From a virus (taxonomy: Duplodnaviria > Caudoviricetes), in IMG/VR virus record IMGVR_UViG_3300013121_000004, positions 32,001-96,000 of that record: DNA of 64,000 bases; one strand, 5' to 3'. Below, piece after piece: positions 18,738-27,433 of this stretch (its first letter is position 1; each line of letters opens with the position of its first letter). The notes below the pieces were generated by a model, which made no database searches, was not told where the DNA came from, and was given only the letters and a program-made list of their open reading frames with translations. A program made the translations under genes and the position numbers.

Positions 18738-18929
18738 TTAGCCGAATAGTGTATCTAGGGTTGCTATCACAATAGATAAGATCAAGACAGTCCAACCGAC
18801 TACCGCTATCACGGCGATGATTGAAGGAGGATACGAGAACATAACTACCACCGGAGGCGCAAAGCATAGAGCAAATAAGAATAAGATAGTGACTATGGTT
18901 ATGAATACAACCGCAGTCTTACGGGTTAT
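18738..18929 (-). CDS. two-TM small membrane protein, probable ATA start
   Basis: 64-codon hydrophobic frame fills the gap exactly; ATA overlaps the upstream TAA (ATAA). Confidence 0.45.
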   Translation of the reverse strand: MTRKTAVVFITIVTILFLFALCFAPPVVVMFSYPPSIIAVIAVVGWTVLILSIVIATLDTLFG

Positions 18930-19357
18930 CTTGGATCGTTGTAGTAATGTTTATCGTACGGTTTCTCTCCTTCCCAGTGTGGTTCAATCCAAGTCAAAGG
19001 CGGAACCTTTAGCTTGTTGTCTTCATTGGCTAAGCAGTACTGGCACATACACGCTCGTACAATCGCTCTCTGCACTCCACAACTGACGCACTTCGCGATA
19101 CGTGGTAATGCCCCGGCTGTGTCTGCGATAAACATCGCGATGTTGCCAATATCTGCTGTTAGTTCTCTGACTTTATCTACATCTCGTCTCTTTCGTATCT
19201 CCACGTGTAGCTTGGAGACGTGATAGTAAAGCTCTTGTAGCAGCGTAGCCATGTCAAGGGTAATCCACTCGCCCTTCCAAGCGTTAGCTTGTAGCTCTCT
19301 ACGCATCTCCATAAGGTACGCATTAGCTGCATTGTTGTTTGCTAGGTTGTCACTCAT
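18926..19357 (-). CDS. MazG-like/all-alpha NTP pyrophosphatase-like protein with zinc finger
   Basis: KGEW...LLQEL...EL.ADIGNIAMFI, followed by CxxC pairs. Confidence 0.45.
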   Translation of the reverse strand: MSDNLANNNAANAYLMEMRRELQANAWKGEWITLDMATLLQELYYHVSKLHVEIRKRRDVDKVRELTADIGNIAMFIADTAGALPRIAKCVSCGVQRAIVRACMCQYCLANEDNKLKVPPLTWIEPHWEGEKPYDKHYYNDPR

Positions 19358-19448
19358 ACATCTTCCTCTTTATGGCACGAACAATGACAGGATCTACCAT
19401 CACACCACTTGTGATTACCTACACCGCAGTAGTATGACTTGATTTTCA

Positions 19449-19748
19449 TCAGTCAGCGCTTCTCTTTCTGTTTATCCATTTTTCGAAGCTGATTAGTGTA
19501 TTGTCTTCTTGCTTGGTAGGCTCCTCCTGTCGCTGCGTAGGGGGGTTTGTGAGTGTGTGTACGATGATTGCTCTCGCTTGCGGGTGATTCATCGCCCTGA
19601 CCCACATAAGGAGAAAGTCATCAATCTCCAACTCATCGCCCCACAGATTGCATTGCGTGCACTTGCTTTGCTTTTCGCCGCTAACACCTGTGTAAGCGCG
19701 AAAGCCGTGCCCGCATTGTATTTGCTTTTCGGATGAGCCAATGAACAT
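19449..19748 (-). CDS. hypothetical protein
   Basis: ORF track; TAATG coupling. Confidence 0.55.
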   Translation of the reverse strand: MFIGSSEKQIQCGHGFRAYTGVSGEKQSKCTQCNLWGDELEIDDFLLMWVRAMNHPQARAIIVHTLTNPPTQRQEEPTKQEDNTLISFEKWINRKRSAD

Positions 19749-19990
19749 TACTCTTCAAACTCACAAGCGCCGCACATATAGTCAGCGCCAGACCCTCCGG
19801 TGTAACGTCCGTGCTTGCACGTGTCTCCGGGATACCCAGTCCATCCTTGCGGATAGAGTGCTTCGTATCGGGCGAGGCAATCGTCACAGAATACCTTCTC
19901 GCCTCCCCTCCACTTGCCGCACGGATAGATGATAGGTGTACCATCCTTCCGTGTCCCGACATCGACTTCGTTGGTGCATTCTGTAGGCAT
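19748..19990 (-). CDS. Cys-rich hypothetical protein
   Basis: YPGDTCKHGRY...CGACE; GAGGAG RBS. Confidence 0.6.
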   Translation of the reverse strand: MPTECTNEVDVGTRKDGTPIIYPCGKWRGGEKVFCDDCLARYEALYPQGWTGYPGDTCKHGRYTGGSGADYMCGACEFEE

Positions 19991-19995
19991 TGTTC

Positions 19996-20166
19996 TTACT
20001 CCTCTTCTTCGTTGCGAACGCTGCGGTTACTGCGACGACGTTCAATGCGCTTCTTGACCACGCGAAGTTTACGATTCCAACCGTCATGCCCGAAGCAACA
20101 GAACCAGAAGTTCTTACCACGATGGCGATGCGCCTCAGTCCCCAACATACGCTCTTTATTAGACAT
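19996..20166 (-). CDS. 56-aa basic hypothetical protein (below ORF-track cutoff)
   Basis: GGAGG plus ATG; MSNKERMLGTEAHRHRGKNFW... Confidence 0.55.
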   Translation of the reverse strand: MSNKERMLGTEAHRHRGKNFWFCCFGHDGWNRKLRVVKKRIERRRSNRSVRNEEEE

Positions 20167-20189
20167 AGCATGTCCTCCTCAGTTATTGC

Positions 20190-20576
20190 TTACCCGTATA
20201 CGATCTCATTGAACAGACCAAGTTGCACGATAGCGTCAGCATCATCAGCGTCGAAGTCTGTGTTATCAGCATCGAATCTCCCCGCAATGACGAGCTTAAA
20301 GTCGTTAACCATCGCCCTCCGATAATCGTTATCTGTATTTTCGAACTTGGTAATAAAGCGTTCGACACCGCGCTTAATCATTTCACGGTTGATAATGCAT
20401 GGTTCTTCGTCTTCTTCGTAGGCACGACCCCGCGCTTCGTATCCTTCGTAGTCTTCATCGATTCCCTTGTTGTCTTTCGACCAGCGATACGAAGTAGCTT
20501 CGAACCAGTAACCAATACCTCCTTCCATTGCGGTAGTGAAGATGTAGTGATAAAGCTTATCTTCTTCTGTAGCCAT
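20190..20576 (-). CDS. conserved phage hypothetical protein
   Basis: TAMEGGIGYW...DADDADAIVQLGLF.EIVYG. Confidence 0.7.
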   Translation of the reverse strand: MATEEDKLYHYIFTTAMEGGIGYWFEATSYRWSKDNKGIDEDYEGYEARGRAYEEDEEPCIINREMIKRGVERFITKFENTDNDYRRAMVNDFKLVIAGRFDADNTDFDADDADAIVQLGLFNEIVYG

Positions 20577-20578
20577 TA

Positions 20579-20779
20579 TTACCTCGTTCCGGGTGGCGCA
20601 TACGGTGGGCGCGGTGCTGGCGGCGGCGTATACGCTTTAGATGCATACAAATTTGCCAAGCTGTTAAGTGTGTTTGCCTTCCTGTACTCCCAATCCATGT
20701 CGCCTTTATGTATTGCAGACGTTAGCTCATAGAACGCTAACCCTATTTGGTGTTTGATTTCACTTTCGGTTGGCAACAA
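20579..20779 (-). CDS. hypothetical protein
   Basis: GAGGAG plus TTG start. Confidence 0.5.
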   Translation of the reverse strand: MLPTESEIKHQIGLAFYELTSAIHKGDMDWEYRKANTLNSLANLYASKAYTPPPAPRPPYAPPGTR

Positions 20780-21017
20780 ACGTCTTCTCCTCTAGAATTT
20801 CGAGGATTCCCTTGAGGTAGTAGTACGTGGTCGCGCTAGGAAGAATCATCTTGGTAGCAAACAGGAGCGCGACAGTTTGCAGATACGTCGGCGTGAATGA
20901 CACATCGAGGCCGCGCGAAATCACCGGGGTCAGAGCCCAAAGGATAAGCGCATTGATGAACAAACCCACGTACGTGGTAAACAGGCTAGAGATATATGCT
21001 TTAGTTGACTTCTTCGT
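20760..21017 (-). CDS. membrane protein, possible ACG start (GTG at 20969 is the alternative)
   Basis: GGAGG 6 nt before in-frame ACG, giving MKKSTKAYISSLF...; two hydrophobic segments. Confidence 0.5.
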   Translation of the reverse strand, partial: TKKSTKAYISSLFTTYVGLFINALILWALTPVISRGLDVSFTPTYLQTVALLFATKMILPSATTYYYLKGILEILEEKTFVANRK

Positions 21018-21888
21018 CGGTTTCCTCCGTATTGTTGAGAATCCAGTTAGCTACTTTTCGTGCTGCGCTTGACGTGAGAAGGATTTGATCATAGACGCTA
21101 ACATCTGTCATTCTCTGAGTGATACCTACGCCTCCGTTTTTTGTTTTCTGGATCTTCGTATCACCAATTACGAGATGGTTTGACGCAGTATTCTTTACTA
21201 GCTGCATCAAGTCCATCATTAGACCGTGCACATGCAAGGTTTCCCAGTTGAACAGATGATCGAATCCGCTTGTCTCGGCTGCATGTACGAGGCTATCTAC
21301 AGCCGTGAATATAAGCGATGGTGTCGAATAATACTCACCTTCCTTAGAGGAATGATACACCTGTTTAGCTTGAGGGCAAAACATGCGTACAAGCCACCAC
21401 TCTAGATCTACGTCGCTATTATGCAGTAGTAGACTAGTACGGGCTTTCTCTAGTACATCGCCCCAATCGGTATCTTCTTTTGTTAGTTGATTGAGCGCGA
21501 CTATAAAATCCTCGTAGAAAGTAGTTGTCGGGCAATCCCTGATGAATTTAGGGATGATTGTTTTGATAAACCAATTACCCACAACCACGTCATGTACTGC
21601 TTTGTTCTCCACACGTCGTGACATACAGAGCGTAGGCAAAATATTTTGTTGCCATTGTGCTCCTAGGAGAGACTCTGGCAAAACAGCGACTTCCATGTTA
21701 TCGATAAGCAATCCAATAGCAGGATTGATGAAGAACGGCGGCATATACTCGTCGTATTCGTCGTAGTCGAGCATTACCATTGCTGCTCGATGCGTAGGAG
21801 GGAGCCACTTTCTACGATCGATGTACCGTAGCATTGAGTTCATACTACGGAACTGTTTGAGTTCCTTTTCAGACATTCCTTCTGGCAT
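21001..21888 (-). CDS. hypothetical protein
   Basis: 295-aa ORF. Confidence 0.7.
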   Translation of the reverse strand: MPEGMSEKELKQFRSMNSMLRYIDRRKWLPPTHRAAMVMLDYDEYDEYMPPFFINPAIGLLIDNMEVAVLPESLLGAQWQQNILPTLCMSRRVENKAVHDVVVGNWFIKTIIPKFIRDCPTTTFYEDFIVALNQLTKEDTDWGDVLEKARTSLLLHNSDVDLEWWLVRMFCPQAKQVYHSSKEGEYYSTPSLIFTAVDSLVHAAETSGFDHLFNWETLHVHGLMMDLMQLVKNTASNHLVIGDTKIQKTKNGGVGITQRMTDVSVYDQILLTSSAARKVANWILNNTEETDEEVN

Positions 21889-21905
21889 TAGTTGTTCTCG
21901 TCGTG

Positions 21906-22103
21906 TTATTCGTACTTAGCGAACAATGAGTCACGGAATGACAGGACACCCATAAACAAGGCGATCAGATTCCCATTGTAGTGTACTTCGAGCACTCCTC
22001 TGTCGGCTGTGTAAGTCATAGTCGAGCTACTAGGGACACGAAGAAACTTTCGATCATAGTCCGCGAAGAGGATGACGATTTGCTTTGTTGTCTCGTTACC
22101 CAT
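21906..22103 (-). CDS. hypothetical protein
   Basis: ORF track. Confidence 0.55.
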   Translation of the reverse strand: MGNETTKQIVILFADYDRKFLRVPSSSTMTYTADRGVLEVHYNGNLIALFMGVLSFRDSLFAKYE

Positions 22104-22109
22104 ATTTAG

Positions 22110-22586
22110 CTATACCTTCCTGTAGTGTGGCGCTGGTTTGAGGTCGAAAAAAGTCCCGTTTAGCAGATTGTATGCTAGGAACCCAATTCGCCCGTTACCA
22201 TCTATCCACGGATGAATGTACATGAGTTCCTTGTAAAACTCGTGCGGTGTAAGTGCTTTTTCTTTGACAGCCCCCATCAAATTTTCGAATGCACGAGGAA
22301 CTAACTTATAGTGTAATGAAGAGCCTCCATTCTGGAATGTTACAGGAACTTTTCGTAATGTTCCATGTGGATAATCATTACTATTTCCCATAGCCAGCCG
22401 GTTTGCTTGGCATAGACTATACGCTGTAAGCGGCATAGAATTATTTTCGGAATACACTCGCATATACTTCCATGCTTCAAGCAGATTGATTACTGCTTTG
22501 TATTCTGTTTCTCCTTGCCGAATTACTTCTTCTGCGATAGGATGCATTACAGAAGACATGAATTTATGTGGAGTGAGATTACTTAT
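22110..22586 (-). CDS. Fic/Doc family protein, probable ATA start (ATG at 22559 is the alternative)
   Basis: IHPWIDGNGRIG Fic motif; AAGGAG 7 nt before in-frame ATA. Confidence 0.8.
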   Translation of the reverse strand: MSNLTPHKFMSSVMHPIAEEVIRQGETEYKAVINLLEAWKYMRVYSENNSMPLTAYSLCQANRLAMGNSNDYPHGTLRKVPVTFQNGGSSLHYKLVPRAFENLMGAVKEKALTPHEFYKELMYIHPWIDGNGRIGFLAYNLLNGTFFDLKPAPHYRKV

Positions 22587-22616
22587 TTTGTTTCTCCTTT
22601 CGAGTCGCCAATACTT

Positions 22617-22985
22617 TCAGTCAAGATACACGCCTATATCTTGCCAATCCCATCGTGCAATCAATTCGTTTTTAAGAAAAACGCATTGTCTATCTCCTTT
22701 CTCCATAATGTCTGTAGAGTATACAGATATCTTGTATCCGTTGGAGTGCAGCACTTCTTCGTATCCATTGAACCATTTCTTCAATAGCTCTAAAGAATGA
22801 AAGCCGCACACAAATTGACTGTTTGCTTTGCGCCACAATGGGATTCCAATGTCTTCGTGTGGGTCTTTGTGGTAGGACGACTCGTTGTGAGCTTTCATCA
22901 TTTCGTCCATCTTATAGCCCAATACGTTCGCTCTATATGGGCCTTCCCCGTCGATGTTCTCTACACGATATACAACGGTTTCCAT
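22617..22985 (-). CDS. conserved phage hypothetical protein
   Basis: VYRVE...GPY...CGF.S...L..WF. Confidence 0.65.
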   Translation of the reverse strand: METVVYRVENIDGEGPYRANVLGYKMDEMMKAHNESSYHKDPHEDIGIPLWRKANSQFVCGFHSLELLKKWFNGYEEVLHSNGYKISVYSTDIMEKGDRQCVFLKNELIARWDWQDIGVYLD

Positions 22986-23108
22986 TGTAGTATTCCTTAC
23001 TAGTCCTCTTGAGTCGTAGAAAGTATCAAACTAGCTCCTGTGTAATCAGATCGCTAGAGTTTACCACTCTCTGTTTGAATGGCGCAATGGCCCGTGTGCG
23101 CTGGATAC

Positions 23109-23564
23109 TCAGCCGTCGTTTCCATCGTCTGTAAACGCAAGCCGCACAATCACCGGGACGAGCTGGCGTCTGTACTCCGCCAAAAGCGGCGCTTCCTTGC
23201 GTTCGTACTCCTCCCAAAGCGGAGCGCGCTGCCGTTCGTACTTCGCCAAAAACGGAGCGCGCTGCCGTTCGTACTCCGCCAAAAGCGGAGCGCGCTGCCG
23301 TTTGTACTCCTCCCAAAGCGGAGCGCGCTGCCGTTCGTACTTCGCCAAAAGCGGAGCGCGCTGCCGTTCGTACTCCTCCCAAAGCGGGGCAGGGAACCGA
23401 CGTTCCACCGCCCATTCCACAGCGAGACCAACGCGGAAGGCCCGCTCAATGTTCTCGACCGTGATGGGCATCCCCTCTGGGAATGTTGCCTCGAACAACT
23501 CCCGCTGCTCCGTACACGCACCCCGCAGATGTTTCGCCCGAATCGGGTTCGGTATCCCATTCAT
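23109..23564 (-). CDS. 11-aa tandem-repeat helical protein (APLWEEYERQR-type)
   Basis: Repeat is in frame; this is the most protein-like of the open frames. Confidence 0.75.
   Translation of the reverse strand: MNGIPNPIRAKHLRGACTEQRELFEATFPEGMPITVENIERAFRVGLAVEWAVERRFPAPLWEEYERQRAPLLAKYERQRAPLWEEYKRQRAPLLAEYERQRAPFLAKYERQRAPLWEEYERKEAPLLAEYRRQLVPVIVRLAFTDDGNDG
23172..23390. repeat. 33-bp tandem repeat, about 6.5 copies
   Basis: Units like GTACTCCTCCCAAAGCGGAGCGCGCTGCCGTTC. Confidence 0.95.
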
Positions 23565-23796
23565 TGCACCACCGCCTTCACAATGCCCTGTTGCGATAGA
23601 TAATAACGCTCACGAACTATCCTCCTCTGTTGTGTTCCACACATTTGTCCTGTTCCCTTCATTGAAGAAGTACACTGTGCACAACGCGCCATTGTGCTTG
23701 TTCATGAAATACCTGATAGCCTCGCGCTTTGTAAGGGCACGAATGCTATCGGTACTTCCATTCACTGATGCGTAATAAACGCGTGTATACTCCATC

Positions 23797-24072
23797 CTAC
23801 ACGAAGGAGTTACGCGCATTGCGTCGCATGGATGCGACATTCGCTGTGATCTGTTTGACGGATTGGATTGGGTTTTTGTTGCTGGAGATATACGGCTTCC
23901 AGATAGTTTCCGACACCCACAGTGGCGAAACTCCATCGCGCAACGTACCGTCAGGATTCCATCGCGCGGCAGTCATCTGCGCATCCGGTTTCGGGATGTA
24001 CTCCCTGAGCATAACGTTCGAGGTGATCGCGTCATCCAGATACACTCCCGGAAGAAAGCCAAAAACAGACAT
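23797..24072 (-). CDS. hypothetical protein
   Basis: ORF track. Confidence 0.5.
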   Translation of the reverse strand: MSVFGFLPGVYLDDAITSNVMLREYIPKPDAQMTAARWNPDGTLRDGVSPLWVSETIWKPYISSNKNPIQSVKQITANVASMRRNARNSFV

Positions 24073-24098
24073 AGCTAAGGCACCCTTTCATGATGCAA

Positions 24099-24347
24099 TT
24101 AGCGCGTTAAGTTCACCATGTTTAACGCGCTAAACGATTTGCAAGCTGCTGTAAATGTCCAGCCCTTCTTGCGCAGGATTATGCAAAATCGCACACTCGT
24201 TGCACGATATACAACCAAGGTGACCGCCATTTATGCAACGCGTTAAAGGGCAGAATACGCCTAATAATTCGGCCCTTTAACGCGTTATACAAGGGTATCG
24301 GACAAAGGGGTATTGCAATTCATCGCTTTTCATGCAATCCCCTTTTT
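24099..24347. promoter_or_regulatory. cluster of three long inverted repeats
   Basis: 24099-24110/24122-24133 (12 bp), 24237-24251/24272-24286 (15 bp), 24304-24317/24333-24345 (bulged). Confidence 0.7.
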
Positions 24348-24812
24348 GCCGCGTTTATCGAGGCCCGAACATGGCCTCGAAAGCAGCCAACTTGGCGCGC
24401 CTTTCTTCTGCCTCTACAGGCAGAGGTTCGCCACGACCGGGACGTTCTCGCATCACCCGATCGATGCGAATTTCGTGCACGAATTCTTGCTTGCTGGTGG
24501 TGACCAATTTGTCCTCTCTTGTGGTGGAATGCTGGGGCTTAGAGCGAAACGACGAGGAGGCCGATCGAAGATTCGTTGTCAAGGCATGCGCCACAAAGCG
24601 GCCTTCCCGTCAGGATATACACGCCCTTTGGGTACGCCCACTGGGCGCACCTTGAGCATTTGGTAACGATGTTCTTCTTGAGCATTTCTTTCTCCATCAT
24701 GCGTGTTAGATGCGCATCCCCTACTGGTTGTACTACGTGTAAGGCCAGAGGCCAGACACAGATAACACGATGACGATGGCTGCTCCTAGTAAGCAGCTAA
24801 ATGCGCCGATGC

Positions 24813-25328
24813 TCACTTGATCACCCCTTCTGCGCGACTGAGCATGTATCGGAAGAAGTACTTTCCCGTGCCCTTGGGCTTCTTGCCAGCGAGCGCGAGT
24901 TCGGTCATGAAGTGGATAAAGGCAATGCCTTCAGGGGAGCTTTTGCTCCACATTTCCACACTGTCGTGCTGCTTCTTCAGCTTGCTGAAAGCGTGGTGGG
25001 CTTCAAACACGTGCATGTCGATCAGCGTGTCGCGCGAATTCGGCCTCCTCATGACGAATCTAGCCGCATTGTCAGAGTACAATGCGGCTAGCGTTTCAGC
25101 CTCAAATCCGCCATCCCGAAGCGCCTCCTTGGCTTTGTTGAAGTCATAGACCAAGACGAACACATCGAGGTCAGACGAATCAGGCACCTTCTGGCTGTCA
25201 AGGAATCGGTATGACCCGCCGATAAAAGCCCCTCCGAGATTCTCCCATCCAAAAAGCGCCTCCATTGCGGCTTGAATGTTTCCGGCGAGAAGCGCCTTGT
25301 AGTTGTTCTCCAGCGTGTATGCGTCCAT
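24813..25328 (-). CDS. minimal Pol-beta-like nucleotidyltransferase-domain protein
   Basis: FIGGS...SDLDVFV...IDMHV (GS...DxD...D). Confidence 0.6.
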   Translation of the reverse strand: MDAYTLENNYKALLAGNIQAAMEALFGWENLGGAFIGGSYRFLDSQKVPDSSDLDVFVLVYDFNKAKEALRDGGFEAETLAALYSDNAARFVMRRPNSRDTLIDMHVFEAHHAFSKLKKQHDSVEMWSKSSPEGIAFIHFMTELALAGKKPKGTGKYFFRYMLSRAEGVIK

Positions 25329-25331
25329 TGT

Positions 25332-25658
25332 TCAGTGCCCCTTACGTTCAATTTCGTCGAAGATGGCGAGTTTTTCGATCGCGATGCGGTCGAGTTCCTC
25401 TTGATGCTTGCGGTATTCACTGGCCGTGAATGCCTTCGTCGGTGTCACTTCGTACCGCGCACTCAGAGAAGGCGCGGTAACTACGAAGTTCATGCCATCA
25501 CACTCGATAATGGCCTCCTCTCCTTCTTCGAGCCAATCGCCAACTAGGTATTTGGCGATTTCAATGGCGTCTGCACACGTGGTGAAGACCCCAACGATCT
25601 CATTGCGCACATGATAGAAATCATATGCTTTCTCAAGCAGCCACAGCTGGTTAGACAT
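25332..25658 (-). CDS. hypothetical protein
   Basis: GAGGA plus ATG. Confidence 0.6.
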   Translation of the reverse strand: MSNQLWLLEKAYDFYHVRNEIVGVFTTCADAIEIAKYLVGDWLEEGEEAIIECDGMNFVVTAPSLSARYEVTPTKAFTASEYRKHQEELDRIAIEKLAIFDEIERKGH

Positions 25659-25661
25659 TGG

Positions 25662-25904
25662 TTATTCCTCCTCTGGGAACGGAAGGCGGATTCCACACCA
25701 CGCGCAAAAGCGCACATTGTGGGTCGCCTCGAAATCGAGGCATACCATCCATGTGCGTTCGTTTGTAGCGTAGCCGAGATACACCCACGGCGGCATCGTG
25801 ATGCACACGTGCATACCGGACATGTTCACGTCTTCACCCCACCCTTTGAACGGCTCGCATTCGACGCCGATCATGGTGGTGGACTGTTCGTTATGCTGGA
25901 GCAT
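25662..25904 (-). CDS. hypothetical protein with FCxWCG motif
   Basis: VRFCAWCGIRL. Confidence 0.55.
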   Translation of the reverse strand: MLQHNEQSTTMIGVECEPFKGWGEDVNMSGMHVCITMPPWVYLGYATNERTWMVCLDFEATHNVRFCAWCGIRLPFPEEE

Positions 25905-25931
25905 TTAACGCCCTTTCTGTGCGTTTCTGGT

Positions 25932-25970
25932 GCTATGTACTAGGGTAATACACACACCCTAGTACATAGC
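25932..25970. promoter_or_regulatory. perfect 15-bp intergenic inverted repeat
   Basis: GCTATGTACTAGGGT-N9-ACCCTAGTACATAGC. Confidence 0.75.
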
Positions 25971-25985
25971 GTGGTGCGTTGTGGA

Positions 25986-26819
25986 TTAACCCAGAACGGC
26001 GGCGCGTTCCTGCTGAATCGCCCACTTCCAGCGGTTCATGAGCGCGGACATGTAGACTGGGCGATTCCATTCCCAGTCCTTGAGGATCTCGGGGCGCGCC
26101 TTCGTCTTGCGCCCACCCTGCGGGCCAGTGATGATATCCCGAGGACGAATCCACGAGAAGTCCATGCCGGGATTGTTATCCCGGAGTTCTTGCAGGTACG
26201 CCGCAGCGTCAACGAGCGTACCCTGTTGCCCGTATGTGCTCTCCCGCGCCTGCTGTTCCTGCTGCTCAAGCTGCGCCTTGAGCCTGTCAAGCTCGTCGAG
26301 CTTCTTCAGGATGCCAGCCGAAGGCTGCACTTGCGCCTTCACCTGCTCCATGACAGGCTTCGGAGCCTGCTTCGCAGGAGCCGCGTAGGCGTTTTGCTTC
26401 GGCGCATGCGACCCGTTTACAGGGGCGTGCTTCCCGAGATTCCGCCCTTCATCGCGCGTCATGTTGACGCCTCCGCGCGCTTCGGCCATCAAAGCCGCTT
26501 CAGCAGCCTTCTGTGCTTCGCGTTCGATGGTCGCGCGATTCCGGCTCCCCGGAGGACGCCCGCGCCGTGGCTTCGGCGTAGCCGTGACCCCGAAGTTGTC
26601 ATCGAGGTTCTGGCGAATGGACGTGATGTTCTGAGGAGCCTGCACAGGCGTCCCGAGGACATTCGCAAGGGCGCTTTCAATCGCGCCGTCGATGATGCTC
26701 CCGACGAGCGCATCGATTACCGTGCGCTCAATCATGGGGCCGAGCTTTTCGCTCAGCCGCGCCTGAATCAGTTCTTGAAGCTTGTTCACTATAGTCTCCA
26801 TGCGTTTAGAATCCGCCAC
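25986..26819 (-). CDS. early protein with AT-hook-like motif and coiled coil
   Basis: PRRGRPPGSRNR; GAGAGG before GTG. Confidence 0.75.
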   Translation of the reverse strand: MADSKRMETIVNKLQELIQARLSEKLGPMIERTVIDALVGSIIDGAIESALANVLGTPVQAPQNITSIRQNLDDNFGVTATPKPRRGRPPGSRNRATIEREAQKAAEAALMAEARGGVNMTRDEGRNLGKHAPVNGSHAPKQNAYAAPAKQAPKPVMEQVKAQVQPSAGILKKLDELDRLKAQLEQQEQQARESTYGQQGTLVDAAAYLQELRDNNPGMDFSWIRPRDIITGPQGGRKTKARPEILKDWEWNRPVYMSALMNRWKWAIQQERAAVLG

Positions 26820-26911
26820 CCTCTCTTGAGGCCCACCGTATATGCGCCCACATACGATGGAGCACGACTCTTACGCCGTGGCTTAGACTTCCGAGTGCGT
26901 GTGTGTGTGTG

Positions 26912-27433
26912 TTAGGCGAGCTTGCCGTCTGCGAGCTTGGCTGCGAACTGCCCGTTGTTGCCATCCGCGAGCGTGCTACCGCCCACGAGCCGGGACTTCT
27001 TCAGCCCCTTCTCGCTAGCGAGCGCAGTGTACTCGCGCGTGGTAGCCCAGTTGCCGCTTTCCCAGCCGCGCTTATCGCGGTTAGGGAGTTCGCTGAACCC
27101 CTCGCCCGTGGTAGGCGTATGACGCCTCTCCGCCCCTGTCCTGTGGTCGCTGTTCGGATTGCCGAGGTTGTACACCGGGCGCCCCCGAAAGTGCCCGACT
27201 AGGCCGGGCGTTTCATTCACGCCCGACTTGTGCACGTATGGCACGAAGGCAGGGCCACTATCGGCCCCTCGCTGAAGCACGCGCTTGGGTTGCGCAGGCT
27301 TCTCTGCAAAGCCTGCACTCATGGCGTGTGCCGCTGTAGCGGCTCGCAAGGCACGGCGTTCTTCACGCGCCCTATAGGCTGCTTCACGGTCAGCAGTTGC
27401 CTGCTGCATATCGAGCGTGACGACGTAACCCAT
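26912..27433 (-). CDS. hypothetical early protein
   Basis: GGAGGG plus ATG. Confidence 0.7.
   Translation of the reverse strand: MGYVVTLDMQQATADREAAYRAREERRALRAATAAHAMSAGFAEKPAQPKRVLQRGADSGPAFVPYVHKSGVNETPGLVGHFRGRPVYNLGNPNSDHRTGAERRHTPTTGEGFSELPNRDKRGWESGNWATTREYTALASEKGLKKSRLVGGSTLADGNNGQFAAKLADGKLA

Noticed and set aside
23172-23390. CRISPR array or DGR template/variable repeat
   Set aside because: The units are contiguous with no spacers, lie in frame within a CDS, variation is not adenine-specific, and no reverse transcriptase is present.
26898-26912. (GT)n microsatellite as a phase-variation switch
   Set aside because: Short, intergenic, just after a stop codon, and not within a recognisable promoter.
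25971-26915. 314-aa plus-strand ORF and other antisense ORFs in the track
   Set aside because: These are shadows of real opposite-strand genes, favoured by high GC; they have no RBS or recognisable motifs.
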